A stretch of 64,000 nt of DNA, taken from assembly GCA_020697715.1 (NCBI GenBank), contig JAEHCO010000004.1, forward strand, positions 32,001 through 96,000. The letters are read 5' to 3'. Below, one piece after another: positions 19,510 through 28,165 of the stretch (positions are counted from its first letter, which is position 1; the number at the start of each line of letters is the position of its first letter). The translations under genes and the position numbers were made by a program. The notes below the pieces were generated by a model. The model did not search any database. It saw nothing but the letters and a program-made list of their open reading frames with translations, and was not told the origin of the DNA. This DNA comes from Methanobacteriota archaeon. GTDB taxonomy: Archaea > Thermoplasmatota > Thermoplasmata > SG8-5 > JAGLSY01.

Positions 19510-20808
19510 CTATCTCTTCCACTGCACATCCAGATAATGGGTCGAACAGCTGATGCACGGGTCGTATGCTCTCACGAGCATTTCCAGTGTCAGTTCTATC
19601 TCCTTTTCCGGAAGGTCCAGTAATGTTGGTGCTATTGCCTGGAAGTCCAGATTGATATTGTTGTGGTTCTGGTTGGTCGGGATTATGCAGTTGGCCTTCA
19701 CGCATACGCCTTTGTCATCGTATGTGTAGTCATGGAATAATATTCCTCTAGGCACATCGACTGCTCCGACGCCTCGGCCAGCCTTCACTTCGTACTTGGG
19801 CCTCTCATTGACATTGACACCTTTTTCCAGTAGCTTGTCGATCAGAGCCAGCGTGTCTTCGATGCTGTGCACGATCTCCACCAGCTGGGCCACATTGTTC
19901 ATGAAAGGATTATGGTTTACTGGTTGAAGTCCGAACTTGCCAGCCCATTCCTTTGCCAGTGGTCCCATCTTTTCATAGTTCAGATTGAACCTGGCGAGTG
20001 CGCCGACCATGTATGATTCCCTCTTGTGCTTGGTGTATTTGGCTGTCGAATGCGGCACAACGAATTCATTTGTTATGCCTTCATACTCTGCAACTGGCCA
20101 TCGTCCGCCATCCGTAGATCCGATGTCGCCGTCATAGATAGCATATTCATCATCCGCAACAAGACCGATGAACTCTGTCTCACGTACAAAGTTAGGCAGT
20201 TTGTGGGCATGCGCCAGCACGATCTCACCGACCGCGACCACATCAGGTATGGCATCCACCCATTTCTGGCGAATTTCTTTCAATTGCTTTTCCGAAGGTA
20301 TGTGACTGAAGCCTCCAACTACAAGACTTACTGGATGCACTGTCCTTCCACATATCAGATTGGAGAACTCATTTGCCAATCTGTGTAGTCCGACAATTTT
20401 CAGGACCGCATCGGTATGACTGCTTGCTAATGGTACAACACTTGGTGCGCCCAATAGATCAGGAGCTACCAGGTAACCGACATGCAGGACATGGCTTTGC
20501 AGGTTCTCCGCATGGATAGCCAGTCGTCTCAATATCTGTGTTTGCTCGGATATCTGAATGTCCATTGCGGCTTCTGTAGCTTTTAAAGAAGCCAGGCTGT
20601 GACCTATCGAGCATATACCGCATATCCTTGAGGTTATGTGGCTCAGCTCATTGTACGGTCTGCCTCTTACGAATGATTCGAAGAACCTTGGAGCTTCGGA
20701 TACTTGCCACTGGACGAACTCAACTGTCCCATCCTTTGCGTTCAATACTATATTTCCATGGCCTTCAACTCTTGTCAAGTGCTCTACATTTATGTTTATC
20801 TCAGACAA
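19510..20808 (-). CDS. hydA: Group 3b [NiFe]-hydrogenase large (alpha) subunit
   Basis: TRVEGH, SRICGIC, RAYDPCISCSTH plus cleavable tail; TTG start 20808 after GGAGGTGA. Confidence 0.93.
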   Translation of the reverse strand: MSEININVEHLTRVEGHGNIVLNAKDGTVEFVQWQVSEAPRFFESFVRGRPYNELSHITSRICGICSIGHSLASLKATEAAMDIQISEQTQILRRLAIHAENLQSHVLHVGYLVAPDLLGAPSVVPLASSHTDAVLKIVGLHRLANEFSNLICGRTVHPVSLVVGGFSHIPSEKQLKEIRQKWVDAIPDVVAVGEIVLAHAHKLPNFVRETEFIGLVADDEYAIYDGDIGSTDGGRWPVAEYEGITNEFVVPHSTAKYTKHKRESYMVGALARFNLNYEKMGPLAKEWAGKFGLQPVNHNPFMNNVAQLVEIVHSIEDTLALIDKLLEKGVNVNERPKYEVKAGRGVGAVDVPRGILFHDYTYDDKGVCVKANCIIPTNQNHNNINLDFQAIAPTLLDLPEKEIELTLEMLVRAYDPCISCSTHYLDVQWKR

Positions 20809-20809
20809 A

Positions 20810-21589
20810 TTAGTCACCTCCTTTATCTTCAAAGTCGCGGTAATTATACATCGTCCTCTTGGTCATGATCTCATTCGGACTGAGCCCGTATTTCTTCAAG
20901 ACCTCGGCATGAGCCTGGGTATGCGGATGGTCCACATATCCTCTGCAAGCCTCGCATTCGCCGCCATGTGTTGGACATGGCGCTCCACATCCTGCCCGAG
21001 CAACTGGACCCATACAGAATCCACCTGTTTCGAACACGCAGATATTCTCATTCTTCTTACACTCGACACATACCGGGTAGTCTGGTATGGGTAATTTCTT
21101 ACCTGTTAGAAGTGCCACAAGGACCTTGCCGAACTCATCGGAATCAATGGGGCAGCCAGGTATGGCAGCGTCCACCTTCACGATCTCGCTCACAGCCCTG
21201 TGTTTGATCTGTGCGAAATATGGGTTGGAATCACCCTTGGTTATCTCCGAGCCAGGATGTCTCTCATAGACCTCGACCTTATTTGCCTCGGCATCCCACT
21301 GATTGCCCAGTCTCTGCACACCACCAAGGTGAGCGCATGCTCCGATGGTTATGAGTATGCTGGCTTGCTCGCGTATCTTCTTTATTCTATCGATATCAAT
21401 TGGCCTTGCGATGGAACCCTCGATTATGGCTATATCATAATCGTCCGAGTGTTCCTTCATGGCCTCTCTGAAGGACACTATGTCCACCAGTGCCAATACA
21501 TCAAGGATGGCCTCCTCCAGGTTCACGACCTGAAGCTGACAACCCTCACAGCTGGCAAAGTCAAAGAATGCTACTTTGGGTTTACTCAT
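20810..21589 (-). CDS. hydD: Group 3b [NiFe]-hydrogenase small (delta) subunit
   Basis: FASCEGC, GACAHLGG, PGCP, YPVCVEC..C..CMGPV..C...C......CEAC. Confidence 0.9.
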   Translation of the reverse strand: MSKPKVAFFDFASCEGCQLQVVNLEEAILDVLALVDIVSFREAMKEHSDDYDIAIIEGSIARPIDIDRIKKIREQASILITIGACAHLGGVQRLGNQWDAEANKVEVYERHPGSEITKGDSNPYFAQIKHRAVSEIVKVDAAIPGCPIDSDEFGKVLVALLTGKKLPIPDYPVCVECKKNENICVFETGGFCMGPVARAGCGAPCPTHGGECEACRGYVDHPHTQAHAEVLKKYGLSPNEIMTKRTMYNYRDFEDKGGD

Positions 21590-21597
21590 GTTGGATA

Positions 21598-21651
21598 CCT
21601 CCATTTATCATTCCGGTATCTTCAATGAAATCACTTCGCTCTCTCATTGAA
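21598..21651 (-). promoter_or_regulatory. Conserved intercistronic K-loop-like hairpin plus SD, copy 1
   Basis: UUCAAUGAGA-GA-GCGAAG-U-GA-UUUCAUUGAA...CCGGAAUGAUAAAUGGAGG. Confidence 0.65.
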
Positions 21652-23560
21652 ACGCCTCCGGTTCATCTTTAATGTCTTTATAATTGAATACAGGCCCCTC
21701 TTTACAGACATATATTCCATTTATCTGGCAGTGACCGCACTTGCCTACACCACATTTCATGCGCCTTTCCAGAGAGACAATGATATTCTCCTCCGGCATG
21801 CCCATGTTAAGCAGATCGCGGTTAACGAACCTGTACATGATCGGTGGGCCAACTACCACAGCGATGGTGTTCAATGGATCGAAGGTCACCATAGGCATGA
21901 TGGTGGTGATAACACCTACCTGTCCATCCCATGACTCGCCCTCTGCACAGGTATCAACGGTCCTGTGCATTTCGACACCAGGTGTATTCTCCCATTGGGC
22001 GATCTCATCCTTGAAGAGAAGCTCACTGGGATCCTTGCAGCCATAGAGGATCATGACCTTGCCATAATCAGCACGGTTGTTCAGCACATACTTGATAAGG
22101 GAGCGCATTGGAACTATGCCCAATCCACCACCAATGAACAAAATATTCTTTCCCTTCATGTCTTCCGTGTCAAAGCCAGTACCAAATGGGCCTCTGATCC
22201 CGATCTTGTCTCCCTCACTTAGAGAATGAAGCTTATTGGTCAGGTCTCCCACATTCCTCACGATGATCTGGAATGTGTTCCCTCCTGGTGGAGAAGATAC
22301 TGAAATTGGTGCTTCGCCCACACCGTATATGGATACTTCGACGAACTGTCCAGGCACATGACCAAGGGGCTGGCCGTCATCCAATCCGATCTCGAAGAAG
22401 GTCTCGGTCTTGGTGAGTTTCATCATCCGCCTTATGGTCGCGGTCCTTGGTATGTACAATGAATCACTGGCAACTATTCCAAGGTCAGATTTCTCTGGCA
22501 CATGACCCACATTTGCATCAGGTATCGTGTCCATCGTCGCTTCGGCCAGTTTATTGATCAGATTGACCGGGTCTGCAATGTCAGGAATACATGCACTTGA
22601 ACATCTTCCACAACCAACACAGGCAACGAAGCCCATGGCATCTGGAAGGTACTTACCCTTCCTGTTAATCCTGTGGCGATATCTCTCTACGATATCCTCT
22701 CTGAATATCTCTCCAGGCGCGACCTTTGTGAAGTCACGGAGCAGGCAGCCATCCCATGTTCTGGTTCTGACACCAGTGTTGAGATCTAATCCGACCTCGT
22801 CATTGACATCATAGCAGAAACATGTTGGACAAACGAGAGTGCAGGAGCCGCATGCCAGACACTGATCCGACATCTCCTTCCATACCGAGCTCATGTAATT
22901 GTTCGATAGAAGAGAATGCCATGCTTTGGGGCCGACCTTCAAGCCTCTTGTAGCTCTGTCGATCGCCTCCTGTCGCTTGTTCTTGGCAGCCTCTATCTCC
23001 TGAGGCTGTGCATCTCGAGATGTTGCCCTCTGAAGGAGCTCTGCACCTTCAGGAGTTCCCGGAAGGATAGCATAAAGCACACCCAGGTCTGTAATCATCA
23101 GATCGAAGTGCAATTCAGGGGTGCCAGCATCTTTCATCAGGTCCCCATAGAAGGCCTTTTCAGAGGCCTTCGCGGGCATCACACCTATCAGAAGAGAATT
23201 TTTTCTTTTCTGCAAATATATGTCATCAACATTGGTGTCGAAGAAGTATTTGTCCATCTGCTGGATCGCTATCAGGTCATATGGATGAACTCCCACAATG
23301 ACCTTCTTCGTGTCCATAGCTGGAGCAGTGGCCTTCCCAGTCGATATATCGAAATGCATCATTGTCTCGTACTGAGGCAGATAATACTTCTTGGGTGGAA
23401 GAATGGTGACATCATAGTCCAAGCGCAGCTCTGTTGCTGAGTCTAGCGGTCCAAATACGAACTTATCTCCTTTGGCCTTCACGCCCTCAACATCCAAAGA
23501 TTCATCCTGGATCAGGGCATTTATAAAGGCATCGAAATCTTGTTTTGATATTATTTTCAT
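21644..23560 (-). CDS. Fused sulfhydrogenase beta (Fe-S) and gamma (FAD/NAD(P)) subunits
   Basis: N-half CLACGSCTLVCPTCFC and CVGCGRC..C; C-half PGQFV, RGPFG, GGGLG, ERRMKCGVGKCGHC..C..GP. Confidence 0.88.
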   Translation of the reverse strand: MKIISKQDFDAFINALIQDESLDVEGVKAKGDKFVFGPLDSATELRLDYDVTILPPKKYYLPQYETMMHFDISTGKATAPAMDTKKVIVGVHPYDLIAIQQMDKYFFDTNVDDIYLQKRKNSLLIGVMPAKASEKAFYGDLMKDAGTPELHFDLMITDLGVLYAILPGTPEGAELLQRATSRDAQPQEIEAAKNKRQEAIDRATRGLKVGPKAWHSLLSNNYMSSVWKEMSDQCLACGSCTLVCPTCFCYDVNDEVGLDLNTGVRTRTWDGCLLRDFTKVAPGEIFREDIVERYRHRINRKGKYLPDAMGFVACVGCGRCSSACIPDIADPVNLINKLAEATMDTIPDANVGHVPEKSDLGIVASDSLYIPRTATIRRMMKLTKTETFFEIGLDDGQPLGHVPGQFVEVSIYGVGEAPISVSSPPGGNTFQIIVRNVGDLTNKLHSLSEGDKIGIRGPFGTGFDTEDMKGKNILFIGGGLGIVPMRSLIKYVLNNRADYGKVMILYGCKDPSELLFKDEIAQWENTPGVEMHRTVDTCAEGESWDGQVGVITTIMPMVTFDPLNTIAVVVGPPIMYRFVNRDLLNMGMPEENIIVSLERRMKCGVGKCGHCQINGIYVCKEGPVFNYKDIKDEPEAFQ

Positions 23561-23579
23561 TCTTATTCCTCCGCAATTA

Positions 23580-24311
23580 TCAATTAATGACCTTTAGTGC
23601 TTCGAACCCATCTGGTGTGTAGCGAAGTTCGAAGGGGTCTGTGGTGTGGTTCACACCTCTCATCTTGATTATCTGGATCTGTCTCTGGCTCTTGGTGGGA
23701 TTTATCTGTTCCATTGATAATTTGATTATACCATCAGCAAGGAAATCTATGTCATGCTTGCTGAATTTTGGAGAATCCTGGCTCATCTCGGTTATCAAGA
23801 ATGTTGTTACACCCAGCTTCTTCAGCCATTTGAAGAAGTGGAATAGCTCATCCCTTGGATCATCCATCTTGAACATCATTTCCACCACGGGTAGAGAATC
23901 TATGACCAGAAGGTCAAAACCCATAGCATTCTTCAATGTCTCCAATTGTCTCTTGAAGGTCTCCATGTTCACTTTGCCAGTCGGGTCCTCAGGATGTATC
24001 CCAGGATCCTGGCTCAGCTTCAACCACTGCTCTCTTGTCGTGGTAAGGTCATAGAGATTCAATCGCCCCTCCACATTATCGCCCATACCCAGCTTGGTCA
24101 GGTGGTACATGAAATTGTCCCGATCCTGCTCAAGTGTTAGATAAAGAGCCTTGGTCTCACCGTCCTGTGCATTGGCCATCAAAGTACGGTAGGCCAATGT
24201 GGACTTCATGGTTCCAGGTGTTCCTGCCAGAAGGACAATGTGTTTATCAGGAATACCTCCGTCCATCTTATCATCCAAACCATTAATGTTTAATTTATAG
24301 GTTTTTTCCAT
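23580..24311 (-). CDS. Single-domain KaiC/RAD55-family ATPase
   Basis: GLDDKMDGGIP, GTPGTMKS, LLVIDS, FLADGII, IIKMRG. Confidence 0.88.
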   Translation of the reverse strand: MEKTYKLNINGLDDKMDGGIPDKHIVLLAGTPGTMKSTLAYRTLMANAQDGETKALYLTLEQDRDNFMYHLTKLGMGDNVEGRLNLYDLTTTREQWLKLSQDPGIHPEDPTGKVNMETFKRQLETLKNAMGFDLLVIDSLPVVEMMFKMDDPRDELFHFFKWLKKLGVTTFLITEMSQDSPKFSKHDIDFLADGIIKLSMEQINPTKSQRQIQIIKMRGVNHTTDPFELRYTPDGFEALKVIN

Positions 24312-24582
24312 TTTATCTACTCCAAAGTTCCTGGTTTTTTGTCTTAAATATTTGATCTAACCAGTTATTATCAATTGAAAACACCAGATAGGTATTAAAA
24401 AACTATGATAACATAAATGCAATAAAATGTCATAAATGATATTATTAATATCAATAAGTGGCATTATGTACAAAATATAGCCAGTGTGATAACGTGCATA
24501 TTATGTATATATTTTTACACCCCAAATAATAAATTATAGCATTATATCATTGAAAATGTATTTATATTGACAGTTTATCCGG

Positions 24583-25638
24583 GTGATAATGACAGAACTG
24601 CTAGAAGATGAATTGAATCTCAAAATTCTGGAGAGTATTTGCACGGGCGAAGGAGTGGAAGTGAACATAAGTCACCTTGCAAAGACCCTTGATAGACACA
24701 GGAACACTATCAAGTCCCAGATAAATGCCTTGTTCAGTCATAATATCATCAATAAACCAGTTTATCCATTCAGTTGGTTGTATCATGAATATCCGATGCT
24801 CGCGATCGCAAGAGCCGAGCTTCCGAGAAATAATGATACCGAAAGCTGGTTCAAGAGTGATGAGCACATCTTCGCAGCCTTCCATGTGAGGGATGAGGAA
24901 TACAATACATTATTGATCGAGTTCCACAAGGACATACATGCCTATGGCCAGTGGAAAAAAGAGATAGTCAATACCAATAAGATCCCGCAGAGAGACAGAA
25001 GAAATTCAGCCCATGTTCTGGTATTCAGCAATAAGGATATCATAAAGAACAAACCTTACTCTCCAATATTCATAATGGAGAAGAAGTTCAAGGAAACTGG
25101 CAAGCTCAGTCTCAATGAATACAATATCAATAATCTATGTTTCAATATACTCAAGATGCTGGTCCAGGGAGATGGGATAAGAACCAATGAGAATATGTTG
25201 GCCCAGAAGCTGGATGTCCACAGAAAGACCATCGAAAGACGCCTCAGATCATTGAAAGAGGCAGGCATCATCTCGGATCCTGCATGCAGGTTCCCAAATT
25301 TCTTCGTACCACCAGACCAGATACTTGTTTATTATCTGATGGAGGTCAAGAGGACCAAGTCAAAGATATTAAAGGCAATTGAGAATGATGATCATATACC
25401 GATGGCGTGGGAAGCTGGCATAGGCAGATATAATTTCCTTCTCTTTGGTGTGTTCCCCAGCGTGGAGGACCATTTCGATTGGGAAGACAAGTACGACCAC
25501 AGATTCAAGGAATGTATAGGGGCCATGAAGAAGATATACCTCTCACCCAGGATGGCCACTCATATCGATCAGCAGAAGATATCTCACGGCATTATAAAGA
25601 ATATGAAGAAGAAAAATGAAAAGGGATCGGATGAGTGA
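24583..25638 (+). CDS. Tandem Lrp/AsnC-like winged-helix regulator, paralogue 1
   Basis: Two HTH repeats LAKTLDRHRNTIK / LAQKLDVHRKTIE; colinear with 33850..34902. Confidence 0.7.
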   Translation: MIMTELLEDELNLKILESICTGEGVEVNISHLAKTLDRHRNTIKSQINALFSHNIINKPVYPFSWLYHEYPMLAIARAELPRNNDTESWFKSDEHIFAAFHVRDEEYNTLLIEFHKDIHAYGQWKKEIVNTNKIPQRDRRNSAHVLVFSNKDIIKNKPYSPIFIMEKKFKETGKLSLNEYNINNLCFNILKMLVQGDGIRTNENMLAQKLDVHRKTIERRLRSLKEAGIISDPACRFPNFFVPPDQILVYYLMEVKRTKSKILKAIENDDHIPMAWEAGIGRYNFLLFGVFPSVEDHFDWEDKYDHRFKECIGAMKKIYLSPRMATHIDQQKISHGIIKNMKKKNEKGSDE

Positions 25639-25654
25639 GATATTACTCATCCGA
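25627..25654. terminator. Hairpin between convergent genes
   Basis: TCGGATGAGT-N8-ACTCATCCGA, perfect 10-bp stem. Confidence 0.55.
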
Positions 25655-25680
25655 CCATTCTATTTACACTTGGTCTTCCT

Positions 25681-26103
25681 TTATTGCTTACCACGATTAT
25701 CCTGGATCTCTATCAAAGCATAGCGCAGGTTGCATCGCAGTTCCTTACTGATATTCTTACCATCCATTTTCGAAGCGATCATTTCCATTGCTGGCTCGCC
25801 GATGTCTATCAATGCCTCGATGGACCTCCATTGGACAGACGATTCATCATCCACCAGAGCTTTTATCAATGGTTCTATAGCACATGGATCTCCAATATGA
25901 CCAAGGGCCTCGGCAGATCTGTATCTCACTGTCGCATTCGTGTCATGCAATAGTGCCTCTGCCAGCGGACCAACAGCTGATCCACCTACCCTCTCAAGAG
26001 AATTGCGCGCACTTTGTTGCTCCATGCCAGTTCCTGTTCCGCAGGCCTGGATGAGATCAAGGATATCATTTGCTTCATACGAGTTCTGTGACACACTCTC
26101 CAT
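25681..26103 (-). CDS. HEAT/PBS-lyase-repeat protein
   Basis: VRYRSAEALGHIGDPCAIEPLIKALVDD..VQWRSIEALIDIG; start ATG overlaps the upstream TGA. Confidence 0.8.
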   Translation of the reverse strand: MESVSQNSYEANDILDLIQACGTGTGMEQQSARNSLERVGGSAVGPLAEALLHDTNATVRYRSAEALGHIGDPCAIEPLIKALVDDESSVQWRSIEALIDIGEPAMEMIASKMDGKNISKELRCNLRYALIEIQDNRGKQ

Positions 26104-27428
26104 CAGTTCCCCTCCTTTTTTGTCTCGGAGCCATTGACCCACTCGACATTCAGGTAGTGGGTGGAGCAGCTTATGCACGGATCATATGCTCTAACGAGCA
26201 TCTCGAGGTTCAGCTCGATCTCCTTTTCAGGTCTGTCAAGGAGAGTTGGAGCGAAGGCCGCGAAATCCTGGTTGATATTGTTGTGGTTCATATTTGTCGG
26301 AATTACACAGTTAGCCTTTACACAGTTCCCCTTGTCATCATATTCGTATTCATGGAAGAGAAGACCTCTTGGAACCTCCACAGCACCCACACCGCGTCCT
26401 GCCTTTGGCGTGACCTTTGGTGTTGGCTCCTGCTTCATTCCACCGTCCAATAGTTCATCGATTATCCTGACTGAATCCTCGATGGAGTGAACGAATTCAA
26501 CGAATTGAGCCACATTGTTCATGAAAGGATTTGGATTAACTGGCTTGAGTCCGAACTTGTCAGCCCATTCCTTGGCCAGCGGACTAAGCTTATCGGCATT
26601 CAGGTTGAACCGGGCCAATGCTCCAACCATGTATGAGTCGCGTTTATTCTTGGTGAACTTGGCTGTGGAGTATGGAACTACGAACTCATTCACAATGGTC
26701 TTGTAAGCATCCGCATGCTGAGGCTCCTCATCGGTTGATCCGACCATTCCATCATACAGGGCATATTCGTCATCCGTGACCAGAGCGATATATTCCGTAT
26801 CCCTCTTGAAATCCGGAAGAGCTCCTGCATTGGCAAGTATGACCTCGCCGACCGCATTGCCTGTTGGAACCATGTCCAGCAAGTTCTGTCTGATATCCTT
26901 CAGTGCATATGGAGATGGTGTCTTGTATATACCGCCTGGCACCAGATTGGTAGGATGTGTCGTCCTGCCGCATATCAGGTCGGACATCAAGTTCGCCTGC
27001 CTGTGGAGCTTGACAATAGCCAAAACCTCATCGGGGTTTGAACCGACGAGTGGCACCACGCTTCCAACTCCAAAGAGATCTGGAGCTACAAGGTATCCGA
27101 CATGGAGTATGTGGCTCTGAAGATTCTCGGCATGGATAGCCAGCCTTCTAAGTTTCTGGCTCTGCTCGGATATCTCGATGTCCATCGCGGCTTCAGTGGC
27201 TTTCAATGAAGCCAGTGTGTGACCGATTGAACAGATACCACATATCCTGGACGTTATTGGAGCCAGCTGATTGTATGGCTTACCTCTGACGAAGGATTCA
27301 AAGAGACGTGGGGCCTCGGAGACCTGCCACTGTATCTTCTCAATGGTACCGTCCTTCGCATTCAGGACGATGTTTCCATGTCCCTCCACTCTTGTCAAAT
27401 GCTCTACATTAATGTTTATTTCACTCAT
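26103..27428 (-). CDS. Group 3b-like [NiFe]-hydrogenase large subunit, second copy
   Basis: TRVEGH, SRICGIC, RAYDPCISCSTH; clear paralogue of 19510..20808. Confidence 0.92.
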   Translation of the reverse strand: MSEININVEHLTRVEGHGNIVLNAKDGTIEKIQWQVSEAPRLFESFVRGKPYNQLAPITSRICGICSIGHTLASLKATEAAMDIEISEQSQKLRRLAIHAENLQSHILHVGYLVAPDLFGVGSVVPLVGSNPDEVLAIVKLHRQANLMSDLICGRTTHPTNLVPGGIYKTPSPYALKDIRQNLLDMVPTGNAVGEVILANAGALPDFKRDTEYIALVTDDEYALYDGMVGSTDEEPQHADAYKTIVNEFVVPYSTAKFTKNKRDSYMVGALARFNLNADKLSPLAKEWADKFGLKPVNPNPFMNNVAQFVEFVHSIEDSVRIIDELLDGGMKQEPTPKVTPKAGRGVGAVEVPRGLLFHEYEYDDKGNCVKANCVIPTNMNHNNINQDFAAFAPTLLDRPEKEIELNLEMLVRAYDPCISCSTHYLNVEWVNGSETKKEGN

Positions 27429-27435
27429 ATTCGAC

Positions 27436-27490
27436 CCCTCCATTTCATTCCGGGCTCTTGAATGTGCTCAGTTCGTTCGCACATTCAAAA
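27436..27490 (-). promoter_or_regulatory. Conserved intercistronic K-loop-like hairpin plus SD, copy 3
   Basis: UUGAAUGUGC-GA-ACGAAC-U-GA-GCACAUUCAA...CCGGAAUGAAAUGGAGG. Confidence 0.65.
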
Positions 27491-28165
27491 TCCCTCCTGA
27501 GTCATGATCTTTTCAAGCATCTCCATCGAATCATAGGAGAATACCTTGGCTGCTACAAGTATCTCTTCTTTTGTGAAGCCAGCATCCTTGTATGCCTTCA
27601 ATCCGAATCTGAGGATATCCTCATTGGCCATTATCGAATGACAACCCTCACACCTGTATCCTTTTCTGGTACAGTAAGCATTACAGTTGGCATATGTCAA
27701 TGGCCCCAGGCAAAGCTCTCCTCTTGTCAGAAGACAACCTTCACCCTGATTCGGGCATTCGGCACATACTGGCACTCCATTAATATCATAATCCCTGCAT
27801 AGCTTGGCGAATTGGCATTCGCCGCTGACTGGGCAATCCCTGCACTTCTGCACATGCTCCGACAGCAGAAGTTCGACAACTGTCCTTCTTGCCTGATATA
27901 CAGCATCACTGATAGTAGATACAGACAATCCAGAAGAAACAGGCATCGTACAACTTGGTTGAAGCCCAGGTCTGCCACCTGCTTTCACCTCGACCAAGCA
28001 GAGTCTACAAGATCCGATCCTTTGTTCAGGGAACAGTGGATTGAAGCAAAGAGTTGGTATGTCAACCGAGTTCGCTCTTGCCACATCCAGTACTGTCTGG
28101 TTCGGCTCTCCAGCATAGTCCTTTCCATCTATCACTATGTTTATTTTGAATGAAGTCGTTGCCAT
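27485..28165 (-). CDS. Chimeric Fe-S protein: HydA/NuoG-type [2Fe-2S] and His-Cys3 domains plus a [NiFe] small-subunit distal domain
   Basis: IPTLC..GSCRLC..PSC; HVQKCRDCPVSGEC; then VPVCAEC..C..CLGPL..C...C......CEGC. Confidence 0.8.
   Translation of the reverse strand: MATTSFKINIVIDGKDYAGEPNQTVLDVARANSVDIPTLCFNPLFPEQRIGSCRLCLVEVKAGGRPGLQPSCTMPVSSGLSVSTISDAVYQARRTVVELLLSEHVQKCRDCPVSGECQFAKLCRDYDINGVPVCAECPNQGEGCLLTRGELCLGPLTYANCNAYCTRKGYRCEGCHSIMANEDILRFGLKAYKDAGFTKEEILVAAKVFSYDSMEMLEKIMTQEGF

Noticed and set aside
24458-24483. TGGC..GCCA as a shared operator with 33705-33726 and 8461-8485
   Set aside because: Arm spacing and inner bases differ, so it is too weak to call a common motif by eye.
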